64,000 nucleotides of DNA from contig JAZDPG010000115.1 of assembly GCA_043797815.1 (NCBI GenBank), forward strand, positions 147,573 to 211,572, written 5' to 3'. The DNA is from Bacteroidota bacterium (GTDB lineage: Bacteria; Bacteroidota; Bacteroidia; Bacteroidales; GCA-2748055). The notes beneath the pieces are model-generated. The model did no database searches, had not been told where the DNA came from, and saw only the letters and a list, made by a program, of their open reading frames with translations. Shown piece after piece: positions 9,513 to 18,362 of this stretch. A program made the position numbers and the translations under genes. The number at the start of each line of letters is the position of its first letter. The first letter of the stretch is position 1.

Positions 9513-9890
9513 TTACGACCCTTCGAACAGTTCGATGGTTTCGGGCTGCATGAGTACCCAGATGGAGTAAACTCCTTTGGCGGTTCCGATGGGAATGTTC
9601 AGGCAGTTGATGGCAGAGACGATCATCACCAGGATCCTTGCCCATGGTTTGTAAGAGAACAGACCGATGCCGCCGATGATCCCCAGGCATGCAAAGAAAA
9701 GGATCAGGAGTGAAACTGTTCCGCCCAGAAAAGTCAAGATCTCTTCGGCGATGGGTTCCGACTCCACAAAACCGTGGGCAAAGTTGAAGGTAATGTATAC
9801 GGCCAGGGCACCGATCAGCCCGAGGATTCCAAATCCAATGTGAAGTGCTCCCACAAAGGATACGTGTTGTTTCATGCTTCTTTTTTCCAT
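9513..9890 (-). CDS. small hydrophobic membrane protein, function unknown
   Basis: 125-aa ORF with about 4 predicted TM stretches ('ALHIGFGILGLIGALAVYITF', 'LLILFFACLGIIGGIGLF'). No motif recognised. Confidence 0.5.
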   Translation of the reverse strand: MEKRSMKQHVSFVGALHIGFGILGLIGALAVYITFNFAHGFVESEPIAEEILTFLGGTVSLLILFFACLGIIGGIGLFSYKPWARILVMIVSAINCLNIPIGTAKGVYSIWVLMQPETIELFEGS

Positions 9891-9902
9891 TTGTTTTTTT
9901 TG

Positions 9903-10403
9903 TTAGTCTGCATCATAGAGTTGAATAAACTCATGTGAATTTCCACTCCATTCCAGGAACCTGAGGAATGATTCAACAGAGATTACCACAGTGGCTGTGT
10001 TTTCATTGGGGTGAAAGCTGATTTTCTTTGCATTTTGCAGGACCGCATCCAGGAACAGGTGCACATGGTTTTCCTGATCGTTGATCAGCCCGAATACTGA
10101 AACAGATCCGCCCGATAAACCCAGATAGCGCTCCATCCTTTGCGGTGAGGCAAAAGAGATCTTGCCCTGCTTCAGCCTTTGTTCCAGGTCCCTGATATTC
10201 AGCTGGCGGTCGTGCCTGAGAATCACCAGGTAATGCCTGTTTCCCTTGTGGTTTCTGAAGAAGAGGTTTTTGCAATGGGTGGCATCGATCTGCTTCCAGT
10301 AGGGTAGTGCCTCCTCAACCGTGGGAACCGGAGGATGTTCATGGATTTCGTATGGGATGTCCAGGCTGTCAAGGACCTGAAACACCTTTTCCCGAAGGGT
10401 CAT
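9903..10403 (-). CDS. YbaK/ProX-type aminoacyl-tRNA deacylase domain protein (prolyl-tRNA synthetase-associated domain)
   Basis: 166 aa. 'HCKNLFFRNHKG..YLVIL' and 'GGSVSVFGLIND' resemble the YbaK/ProRS-associated editing domain. Confidence 0.65.
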   Translation of the reverse strand: MTLREKVFQVLDSLDIPYEIHEHPPVPTVEEALPYWKQIDATHCKNLFFRNHKGNRHYLVILRHDRQLNIRDLEQRLKQGKISFASPQRMERYLGLSGGSVSVFGLINDQENHVHLFLDAVLQNAKKISFHPNENTATVVISVESFLRFLEWSGNSHEFIQLYDAD

Positions 10404-10469
10404 GGTGGTTGTTTAAATCTAAAATAGTTGTTTTTTTGTAACATCTTTACGTATTCGGCGAAAAAGCAA

Positions 10470-12080
10470 ATGAACAGTCAGATTTTACCGGCAACTTGTT
10501 TTTTCCTGCTCACACTGATCGGCAGGGGATGCCATGTGCAGGTGGACAGAGGACCGTTTCCCATTGAGGACGACAGGGAGATGATCATGGGTAAATCCAG
10601 ATACCTGGACTCCCTGTCTGCTGTAGGGCCGGGAGAAAAAACACCCAATATCATACTGATCCTTGTTGATGATCTCGGGATGCATGATATCTCCGCCTAC
10701 GATGCGAATGGGGTACCAAGCCCTGCGCTGGACAGGCTTGCAGAGCAAGGAGTAAAATTTAACAGCGCTTATGCCACCAGCCCGGTTTGCAGTCCATCCC
10801 GGGTAAGTTTGCTGACTGGCAGGTACCAACAAAGGTTTGGCTTCGAACGGCAGCCCATGAACCGGTATGCCCGAAACCGTCTGGAATACTGGATTGTGGG
10901 ACACCTGATCAACACCGACCCCATGCAGCTGGTAAGGCCCATGTCAAAACCATCAAAAGAAGAGATGAAAAAGCAGGGGATACCACAGTCAGAGCTTCTG
11001 CTTTCAGAGTTGCTGTCCTACCGGGGATACAGAACGGGAATTTTTGGAAAATGGCACCTGGGATACCAGGATGAATTTGTTCCAAACAACAGGGGATTCC
11101 AGGAGCAGTTCGGCTTTTACGAAGCCTTCACCTACTATGTTCCGCCGGGTACCCCCGGTATGGTTGAACACAGGCACGACTATTTTGCCAGCAAACATAT
11201 CTGGAGGCAGAAACGAAAAGGAACCTGTGCCATCAGGGAAAACAACAAGGAGATTGAGGATTCCGGATACCTGACCTTTTCCATAGCCAGACGCGCCTGC
11301 ACATTCATGAATGAAAACCGGGAAAACCCGTTCTTTCTTTTTGTGCCGTTCAATGCCCCGCACACACCCTTCCAGGTTCCCCGTGAATACTATGACAGGT
11401 TTGCTTATGTTGCCGATCACAACAAACGGGTCTATGATGCGATGATCTCTGCCCTTGACGATGCGGTGGGGATGATCATCGAAAGGCTTGATCAACTGGG
11501 CCTGACGGAAAACTCACTGATTATATTTGCCAGCGACAACGGAGGGGCAAGCTATACGGGAGCCACCGACAACGGCCCATTAAAAGCAGGAAAATTCTCC
11601 CAGTTCGAAGGGGGGATCCATATACCCATGATTTTCTCCTGGAAAGGACATCTTCCGGAGGGATTGGAAACCAGTGAACCCGTATCTTTGATGGATATTT
11701 TTACCACCTCTGCAGCAATAGCCGGAGTGAAACTTCCCGGGGACCGGCACATTGACGGTATCAACCTTCTACCCTGGCTGGAAAATCGGGACTCACTGCA
11801 AGCGGAGAGGCCTCTGTTCTGGCGCACCGATTTCAACAAGGCAGTTCGATCCGGATCCTGGAAACTGGTCTGGAATGAGAGGGATAATCAGTGGTTCCTC
11901 TACAACCTGAAGGAAGATCCGGGAGAGCATCACAATCTGGCCGCCCAATATCCCGGCAAGATCCGGGAGCTTCAGCAGTTGTTCGAGTCATGGGAATCGG
12001 AGATGATAAGCCCCATGTGGCCGGGCGTCATGGAATTTCGTTTCGATCTGGACGGGGAGTCAACCCTCTGGGCTATTTAG
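10470..12080 (+). CDS. arylsulfatase (formylglycine-dependent sulfatase family)
   Basis: 'PNIILILVDDLGMHD' and the 'SPVCSPSRVSLLTGRY' (C-x-P-x-R) signature. 'GKWHLG' and 'DNGG' blocks are also present. I prefer the ATG at 10470 (signal-like 'MNSQILPATCFFLLTLIG') over the ORF-track start at 10428. Confidence 0.85.
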   Translation: MNSQILPATCFFLLTLIGRGCHVQVDRGPFPIEDDREMIMGKSRYLDSLSAVGPGEKTPNIILILVDDLGMHDISAYDANGVPSPALDRLAEQGVKFNSAYATSPVCSPSRVSLLTGRYQQRFGFERQPMNRYARNRLEYWIVGHLINTDPMQLVRPMSKPSKEEMKKQGIPQSELLLSELLSYRGYRTGIFGKWHLGYQDEFVPNNRGFQEQFGFYEAFTYYVPPGTPGMVEHRHDYFASKHIWRQKRKGTCAIRENNKEIEDSGYLTFSIARRACTFMNENRENPFFLFVPFNAPHTPFQVPREYYDRFAYVADHNKRVYDAMISALDDAVGMIIERLDQLGLTENSLIIFASDNGGASYTGATDNGPLKAGKFSQFEGGIHIPMIFSWKGHLPEGLETSEPVSLMDIFTTSAAIAGVKLPGDRHIDGINLLPWLENRDSLQAERPLFWRTDFNKAVRSGSWKLVWNERDNQWFLYNLKEDPGEHHNLAAQYPGKIRELQQLFESWESEMISPMWPGVMEFRFDLDGESTLWAI

Positions 12081-13037
12081 AGTTGAGCCGGTACGGATCA
12101 GGTTGCTTAGCTGAACCCGGTTCTTCACACCGGTTTTCACGAATATCCGGTGGATGTGGTCCTTGACAGTCTGCAGGGAGATAAAAAGCGCATCGCTGAT
12201 CTCCTGATTGGACAATCCCCTGCATATAAGATGAATCACCTCCTGCTCCCTTTTTGAAATCTCATACTTATCTGAGAACAGCACCAGCTTCTCCTCAAAA
12301 TTATCCTGGACCGCTGCCGTTTCTCCATGGTATTTTTCCAGGTAGAGGTGTAGAAACAGCATGGGAATCAGGTGCCAGGATAGAAAAAAGAAGATGAAGA
12401 TGAACGGGATGATCTCATGCAGTCCGGAAAGTATAAAGGTGGTTGAGGTAATGATCCCAAAGAGAAGATACCATGATGCAAATGTCCGGGAAAAGGAGCG
12501 TTCATGGTAAACCAGTCTTCGGGATAAAACCAAAGAGTGCAGATATACCATCCCATAGATAAGCACCAGAAAACCCGTAAACACCCAGCGCTGCACAATG
12601 ACGAGCGCCTGGTATTCACCGGTATCAAACTTTGTCAGCCTTATGACGAAAACGCCGTACACGCCAAAGGATATAAGCGACAAAAGGAAATATACCAGGG
12701 TAAAGGGAGTCCCCAGTTTTTTTGAAAACAGTTCGGTAATGCTTTTCAGGAGCATATACTTGGAGAGAATCAGCAGGGGGATCCCAACCAGAATGGCAAA
12801 AAGCCTTGTGGAGTGAATGATGTCCGGGCCCGTTTCCATCCGCATGAAAAAATGTTCCAGTGCTCCTGACCCCACAAGGCTGTAAACACCGAATATGTAC
12901 AAGAAGACCAGGTAATAAAAGTAGCTGCTCACAAATGCCAGTTTGTACATGCGCATGAGCCGGAGCGCAAAAAATATTGCAATGGCACCAGCAACCAGCG
13001 GTACGAATACAAGAATAAGCTTCAGGTGATCTTCCAT
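12060..13037 (-). CDS. membrane-anchored LuxR/FixJ-type HTH regulator (multi-TM N-terminus, no receiver domain)
   Basis: About 230 aa of hydrophobic helices, then 'ISKREQEVIHLICRGLSNQEISDALFISLQTVKDHIHRIFVKTGVKNRVQL', a LuxR C-terminal HTH. The 3' end overlaps the sulfatase 3' end by 21 bp (convergent). Confidence 0.75.
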   Translation of the reverse strand: MEDHLKLILVFVPLVAGAIAIFFALRLMRMYKLAFVSSYFYYLVFLYIFGVYSLVGSGALEHFFMRMETGPDIIHSTRLFAILVGIPLLILSKYMLLKSITELFSKKLGTPFTLVYFLLSLISFGVYGVFVIRLTKFDTGEYQALVIVQRWVFTGFLVLIYGMVYLHSLVLSRRLVYHERSFSRTFASWYLLFGIITSTTFILSGLHEIIPFIFIFFFLSWHLIPMLFLHLYLEKYHGETAAVQDNFEEKLVLFSDKYEISKREQEVIHLICRGLSNQEISDALFISLQTVKDHIHRIFVKTGVKNRVQLSNLIRTGSTLNSPEG

Positions 13038-13194
13038 TTCAAAGGGATACCAGGCTCAAGATACGAAATACAACTTTGGTGAACACCCGGGTTCGTTTCA
13101 ACTTTGGTTGGAAATTTAAATACACTACCAAAGTCTGTAGGAACCGGAACCGGGGATACATAGATTTGTTGTAGAAACCTTTATTCAAAATATC

Positions 13195-13881
13195 ATGGAC
13201 ACAATAATGAACAACGAACAGTACGATTTTCAACCCGACGGAGCGAAAAGCTACAGCATCGGCTGGAAGGTCATGAAGAACTATTTTGTGGAACTCCTGG
13301 TGATCGGAATCGTCTATGCCATCATGACAGGTCCTTCAGGTGCCATTCAGTGGAAAGCCGAGAGTTTTGAATGGTTTATGGCTCCGCTTATTGTGTTTGG
13401 CCTGCTTTACGGGATCTTCGTGGGTGGCCCCATCGGGTACGGGGCCAGCTGGGCTTTCCTGAAGGCAGTCAGGGGCGAGCGGGTTGAAGTCAAAGATGTT
13501 TTTTCGGTATTTCAAAAAAACTACTGGAATGCGGTGGTTGCCAATATTGTGGTTTCAGTCATTGTTGGTTTGGGGATTGTGATGCTGATCGTTCCCGGGA
13601 TCATTTTTGCATGCCGACTGGCATTTGTTCCTTACCTGGTAGTAGACAAAGAGATGGATGCCATGGAGGCACTCAGGGTCAGCTGGGACATGACGCGCGG
13701 TTACGGGTGGCAGATTTTTTTCATGGGTTTCCTGGCCATCTGGGTAGTCATCGGGGGATTGCTTCTTCTTTTTGTAGGTGTCTTTGTCTCCATCATGTGG
13801 ATCTCCGCGGCTTTTGCAAGCATGTACCATGCGGTTGAACTGCAGAACGGGATTCCAATCAGCAAATTTACCGGGGAATAA
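13195..13881 (+). CDS. integral membrane protein (DUF975/UPF0259-like), function unknown
   Basis: 228-aa ORF with 4-5 TM segments. The family resemblance is a weak recollection only. Confidence 0.45.
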   Translation: MDTIMNNEQYDFQPDGAKSYSIGWKVMKNYFVELLVIGIVYAIMTGPSGAIQWKAESFEWFMAPLIVFGLLYGIFVGGPIGYGASWAFLKAVRGERVEVKDVFSVFQKNYWNAVVANIVVSVIVGLGIVMLIVPGIIFACRLAFVPYLVVDKEMDAMEALRVSWDMTRGYGWQIFFMGFLAIWVVIGGLLLLFVGVFVSIMWISAAFASMYHAVELQNGIPISKFTGE

Positions 13882-13891
13882 AAACGTGAGA

Positions 13892-14563
13892 TCAGGTTTT
13901 GAGTATCGTCAAATCCATTAATTCAGTTTCTACTTTCCAATTGTTGCAGTCAATTTTCCGGAGTATTTTTTCAATTTCTTCTTTGGTATAGGCCGCTGCG
14001 ATTGAAGATTTCCAATACTTTAACATTTTGCCTGCTACAAGTATTCCAATAACATGAACGGTCAGCCTGCCAAAGAAGTTAATATCTCGTCGATGGTCAT
14101 GAATATAAATTTTCCCGTTTTCTTTTAGTACCCGCTTTATTTGCAGAAACACTTTCTCAGGGTCTATCCAGTGATGCAGGGAGTCCCGGGATATAACCAG
14201 ATCATAATGATGATCCCGGAGACCTTTCATCTCTTCTCCAGTACCTTCTAAATATTTGATCCTGTCAGACAAACCATCATTATCTCTATTGGCTTGAGCA
14301 ACCCGAATCATGTCGGGTGAGGCTTCCAGTCCATCCAATTGCAAATCGGCACGTTTAAGCAGAAGATAGATACCTGCCCATCCGGGCCCGGGTCCAATTT
14401 CCAATACCCTTGAATCCCGGGCAGGAGCAACTTTTTTTAATACATTCTCAGCGAAACGAATGTATTCTCTGCCAAGTTGTTTTTTCATGGTTTCGCTGTA
14501 CTGTTCCATGGACATTTCAGAGGTGTCTTCTATGGCTCCTCCTTCCGGAATTCTTGGTTTCAT
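13892..14563 (-). CDS. class I SAM-dependent methyltransferase
   Basis: Motif I 'RVLEIGPGPGWAG', 'YDLVISRDSLHH' and 'LKENGKIYIHD'. Confidence 0.75.
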   Translation of the reverse strand: MKPRIPEGGAIEDTSEMSMEQYSETMKKQLGREYIRFAENVLKKVAPARDSRVLEIGPGPGWAGIYLLLKRADLQLDGLEASPDMIRVAQANRDNDGLSDRIKYLEGTGEEMKGLRDHHYDLVISRDSLHHWIDPEKVFLQIKRVLKENGKIYIHDHRRDINFFGRLTVHVIGILVAGKMLKYWKSSIAAAYTKEEIEKILRKIDCNNWKVETELMDLTILKT

Positions 14564-14588
14564 TGACTTTATAGACTATTGAAGTTAT

Positions 14589-15101
14589 TTACAGCCTCAT
14601 TTTTTTAAATTCTTCTTTCATCCGGGTTATGTCGGTTATCCATGATTCAATATCATCTTCATGTTCCAATTCATCGCTAAGAATCTGAATCGCCATTTGA
14701 TGTGTTGAATGGTCCTTACCCGCGGTAAAATCGGCAATTTCCTGATAGCGTTTGATGGCACATCGCTCTCCTTTGAGGTTTTGCTCCAGAATCACTTCGA
14801 TATAAGGGTCGGATGGTTCATCGTAAGAACAACGTGCAAGTTTTGTCCATTCTGTCGGATTGATTACCGGTGTTCCTCCCAGTTGAATAATCCTGGCTAC
14901 CACCAGTTCGGCATGACCCAATTCTTCATTGGCATGTAACAGAAGTTCGGGCTCTACCTCACTTCGCATGGGTCCTTCCATCAATCTGGCGCCAATCCAG
15001 TACTGGTAATATGCAAGCCATTCTTCAGATAAGGCTGCATTCAGCATTTTCAATAATTTGTCTACATCAACGGATGAGACATTAATTGCTTCTTTTCCCA
15101 T
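14589..15101 (-). CDS. ferritin-like di-iron protein (bacterioferritin/DPS-like, DPSL-type)
   Basis: 170 aa. The four-helix ferroxidase pattern is 'EEWLAYYQY', 'ANEELGHAELV', 'GERCAIKRYQE' and 'LSDELEHEDD'. Two Cys residues recall DPS-like proteins of Bacteroides and archaea. Confidence 0.65.
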   Translation of the reverse strand: MGKEAINVSSVDVDKLLKMLNAALSEEWLAYYQYWIGARLMEGPMRSEVEPELLLHANEELGHAELVVARIIQLGGTPVINPTEWTKLARCSYDEPSDPYIEVILEQNLKGERCAIKRYQEIADFTAGKDHSTHQMAIQILSDELEHEDDIESWITDITRMKEEFKKMRL

Positions 15102-16161
15102 TGTTTTTCTTTATATCCTTTTTAAAGTTTTTTATAAATTTACCAAACTCTTTGTCTTTTTTCCGTTTTTCTGCAACCGTGGATTCAAAATGCGCTTTCT
15201 CTTTTCGAATTTTCTGGTAATTATCGTAGGAAGCCGGGTCTAATTCTCCTTTATCCACCGCTTCGAGGACTGAACAACCTGTTTCGTTGGTGTGGCTGCA
15301 ATCTTTGAATTTGCAATTTTCAGAAAGGCGGGCAATCATGTCGAATGTGATTTCTGATCCACCGGTTGAATCGGTGATGCCGACTTCTTTCATCCCGGGG
15401 TTGTCAATCAATATTCCGCCCTTTTCCAGAACAATTAATTCCCTGTGACTTGTAATGTGCCTGCCCTTATGTGTACTCTGGCTTATCGCGTCGGTTCGCA
15501 TGATGGTTTTACCGGAAAGATTATTGATCAATGTGGATTTTCCAACACCAGACGAACCAAGCATACAATAGGTTTTCCCTTTCTCAATACTGCTTGTTAT
15601 TGTGTCATATCCCTCCAGGGATTGATTACTTACAGGAATAACCGGAACATGATTTATCCGGATTTTTATACGCTTCAGAATCTCTGACAGCTGGTCCTCA
15701 TCTATCAAATCAATCTTGCTGAGTATGATGACAGGACGAACCTTTGATGCATTACAAATTGTCAGATATCTCTGAAGTCTGTTTATATTAAAATCCCTGT
15801 CTACAGCCTGGACCAGAAAAGCACAATCAATGTTTGTCGCTATGATCTGAATTTCTCCAAATTGCCCGACGGCCTTTCTTCTAAGTACGGAGGACCTGGG
15901 AAGTATTTTGTGAATGATGGCAAAATCAGATTCATACATTTGAATGGCAACCCAGTCACCCACGGCTGGAAAATCTTCGCGACTTTGTGCAGTAAAACGA
16001 ATATTTCCGGTTATTTCGGCATCGAATTCACTTTCTGATGTCCGGACGATATACCGCTCTTTATGTTCTGCAATAACCCTTCCTATCTCCAGGTGATTGA
16101 GATGATTATCTATCCTGAATTTCTCAAGCCTGTCATTATATCCAAGGTCTTCTAATTTCAT
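15082..16161 (-). CDS. rsgA: ribosome small-subunit-dependent GTPase A (circularly permuted GTPase) with Lys-rich C-terminal tail
   Basis: G4 'SKIDL' precedes G1 'GSSGVGKSTLINNL' and G3 'DNPG'. Zn-knuckle is 'CKFKDCSHTNETGC'. There are ~45 extra basic C-terminal residues. The 3' end overlaps the ferritin-like gene start by 20 bp. Confidence 0.85.
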   Translation of the reverse strand: MKLEDLGYNDRLEKFRIDNHLNHLEIGRVIAEHKERYIVRTSESEFDAEITGNIRFTAQSREDFPAVGDWVAIQMYESDFAIIHKILPRSSVLRRKAVGQFGEIQIIATNIDCAFLVQAVDRDFNINRLQRYLTICNASKVRPVIILSKIDLIDEDQLSEILKRIKIRINHVPVIPVSNQSLEGYDTITSSIEKGKTYCMLGSSGVGKSTLINNLSGKTIMRTDAISQSTHKGRHITSHRELIVLEKGGILIDNPGMKEVGITDSTGGSEITFDMIARLSENCKFKDCSHTNETGCSVLEAVDKGELDPASYDNYQKIRKEKAHFESTVAEKRKKDKEFGKFIKNFKKDIKKNNGKRSN

Positions 16162-16167
16162 TCAGGA

Positions 16168-17133
16168 TTATTGTTTAATAATGGACATATTCTCCGTGCC
16201 AATTGTTTTATACGGCTTTAAATCAGCGTTAAAAATGATTACTTCCTCATTGTGTTTCAGAATATATTGTTCCGTTTCCGAATTAAAGGTTCCATTATTC
16301 AGTCCGAAGTTCAAATCGATTCGATTCTCTGTAAAAGAGCCATCCATCAGATTTTTCCTTACCATGTAAAGTTCATTTCTGACACTGTCAAAAGCCCCGA
16401 TGTAACCGGGATCATCCGGGAAATGTCTTGGATAATTTCCAAAGCCCAGCAGGTAGCTGCGGTCTTTTGAAAGTCCGACCGAATAAAGTAGTATCCATTC
16501 ACTTATTTTGTTTGGGTCAAAATGATAGTGATCAATAATATCCGTTGATTTTGTTTCAAGATATATCATTGTCGTTTGATTACATCCATAATTGTAAAAG
16601 ACATGATTAAAATTATCAATCCCCTGATGCTCAACACCACATCCCACCGAATCAGCAATAATAATTTCATCTCTGATAACTTGTTTTTCTTTCAGGGTCA
16701 TCGAAAATAGTGTTCCGGTAAGATAGCTGTAAATCGTCTCCAGGTCGGGAGAATAAAAAAAACGATTTGTAAAAGGATAAGATAACTTAACCGAATCAAT
16801 CAGATTACCTTTCTCATAATCAAACAACAGAAAATACTTGGCTTTCTCTTTCCAGGCACTTGCCGCAAGCCTTTTATTTTTCAAATCAATAAACAGATTG
16901 CTGTTGGTATTGTCGTAGTCATCCAGTGTCATCAGTTCCGGGACATGTATTTCTCCCAAAATTAGTTTTTCTGCGGTCTCAACATTTATAGAAACGACCG
17001 AATAATTCATTCTATCCAGCAAATAGATATGGTTGGTAGCGGAGATTGGAATGTCATCTTCATGGCATCCTGAAAAAGAAACACTTATTAAAACCAACAG
17101 TGCTGTTATTGTTTTATGATTTTTTTTGTACAT
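16168..17133 (-). CDS. hypothetical lipoprotein
   Basis: Signal plus lipobox 'LVLISVSFSGC'. No recognisable domain. Low GC. The stop is 6 bp from the rsgA start. Confidence 0.55.
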   Translation of the reverse strand: MYKKNHKTITALLVLISVSFSGCHEDDIPISATNHIYLLDRMNYSVVSINVETAEKLILGEIHVPELMTLDDYDNTNSNLFIDLKNKRLAASAWKEKAKYFLLFDYEKGNLIDSVKLSYPFTNRFFYSPDLETIYSYLTGTLFSMTLKEKQVIRDEIIIADSVGCGVEHQGIDNFNHVFYNYGCNQTTMIYLETKSTDIIDHYHFDPNKISEWILLYSVGLSKDRSYLLGFGNYPRHFPDDPGYIGAFDSVRNELYMVRKNLMDGSFTENRIDLNFGLNNGTFNSETEQYILKHNEEVIIFNADLKPYKTIGTENMSIIKQ

Positions 17134-17231
17134 CTGATTCTTGAATTCAGGATTTTAAGAATGTAAATACCGTTCGGCAAGTCAGATAAATCTGGATGTT
17201 CATATCTGCCGGTTACAGGGGTTTCACTGAT

Positions 17232-18119
17232 TTAGTTTTTTATGATTACTGATGTTTTTTGGGTATTGTCAACAAACATAATTTCCATCAGATATACTCC
17301 TGGCAGAAACGCTTCAATTGACTCCTGAACAAAGAGCTGGTTACTGTACTCTGCGCAGAAAGCTTCAGTGCCAGAGATACTGATTATCCGTACGCAGGAT
17401 ATTGGTTTAGATGATTTTATTGCAATATAGTTTTCAGCTGGTATCGGATATACAAGCGTTTCAAAATCATGGGAATCAATACTCAATAGATTCTCGCATA
17501 CTGGGCATTCATTATTACCCCTTTCGGTGTAGCATATCAGAACTCTTGTATTCTCGCCTCTGTTATTAAATTGATAAAAATATCCCAATAATCCATTTGC
17601 AAATCCAATTCCCTCTGTAAGGGTCTCATCAATTAATCCTCCATCCAGAAGTTGAATGTACCTCTTGTGATAGATTCCACAATATTCAACGGAATCAATA
17701 TGGTTGATTATAAAATCTTCGTATTCTCCATTGATGGTATCTCCAATAGAGAGGTTGAAATCGTAAATTATAACTTCAGTATCAGCGGAAGCGCTCCGGA
17801 ATACTACCTGTTTGTCTTCAGCATTTCGAATAGCTCCCACATACTCGGCAATTATCGTATCAGAAAAGTACACTCCTATTGATGGTTCCATTATAAACCG
17901 ATCCTGAAATAGTTTCGAAAAAACCTGGCTATTAATTACTGTATCACCATTACAATACATTTGAGTTCTCTCAAAGTAGCCTCCATATTCGTCTATATCC
18001 ACGAACCATCGGCCCTTTTCAAAATTCATCGGTATATAATCCTGGGCAGCTAGGCCAACCGGATTCATAAGCGATAGAAGAGCTGAAGCTATGAGATATT
18101 GAGCCTTGAATTTCGCCAT
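17232..18119 (-). CDS. hypothetical secreted protein with T9SS C-terminal sorting domain
   Basis: Signal peptide 'MAKFKAQYLIASALLSLMNPVGLAAQ' (start moved from 18182 to the Met at 18119). C-terminal 'LVYPIPAENYIAIKS...GVYLMEIMFVDNTQKTSVIIKN' is T9SS CTD-like. Confidence 0.6.
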   Translation of the reverse strand: MAKFKAQYLIASALLSLMNPVGLAAQDYIPMNFEKGRWFVDIDEYGGYFERTQMYCNGDTVINSQVFSKLFQDRFIMEPSIGVYFSDTIIAEYVGAIRNAEDKQVVFRSASADTEVIIYDFNLSIGDTINGEYEDFIINHIDSVEYCGIYHKRYIQLLDGGLIDETLTEGIGFANGLLGYFYQFNNRGENTRVLICYTERGNNECPVCENLLSIDSHDFETLVYPIPAENYIAIKSSKPISCVRIISISGTEAFCAEYSNQLFVQESIEAFLPGVYLMEIMFVDNTQKTSVIIKN

Positions 18120-18225
18120 GATTGAATACTTAAAATCGTTGCGTATATGAAATATACGAAAATGTATTCGATGAAACAGCATAAAAAAGGCCGAAAATCC
18201 ACTAAGATGCAGATAATCAGCCTTG

Positions 18226-18300
18226 TGGGATGTACTGGAATCGAACCAGTGACCTCTTGCCTGTCAAGCAAGCGCTCTGAACCAACTGAGCTAACACCCC
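18226..18300 (-). tRNA. tRNA-Val (anticodon GAC)
   Basis: Reverse complement is GGGGTGTTAGCTCAGTTGGTTCAGAGCGCTTGCTTGACAGGCAAGAGGTCACTGGTTCGATTCCAGTACATCCCA. It has a 7-bp acceptor stem (one G-U), a D-arm, anticodon loop TTGACAG and TPsiC 'GGTTCGATTCC'. No CCA is encoded. Confidence 0.9.
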
Positions 18301-18362
18301 GGTTGAATGCAAAAATAGGAAAAATATATTTTCCGCGGGCCCCTTTCGGGAATATGATGTTT

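Noticed and set aside
13861-13920. I searched for a direct repeat of the tRNA-Val 3' end (tgggatgtactggaatcgaacc) at the distal edge of the low-GC block, as an att site.
   Set aside because: No convincing match was visible by eye near 13885, and no integrase is in the window. The block is reported as a compositional anomaly only, not as a mobile element.
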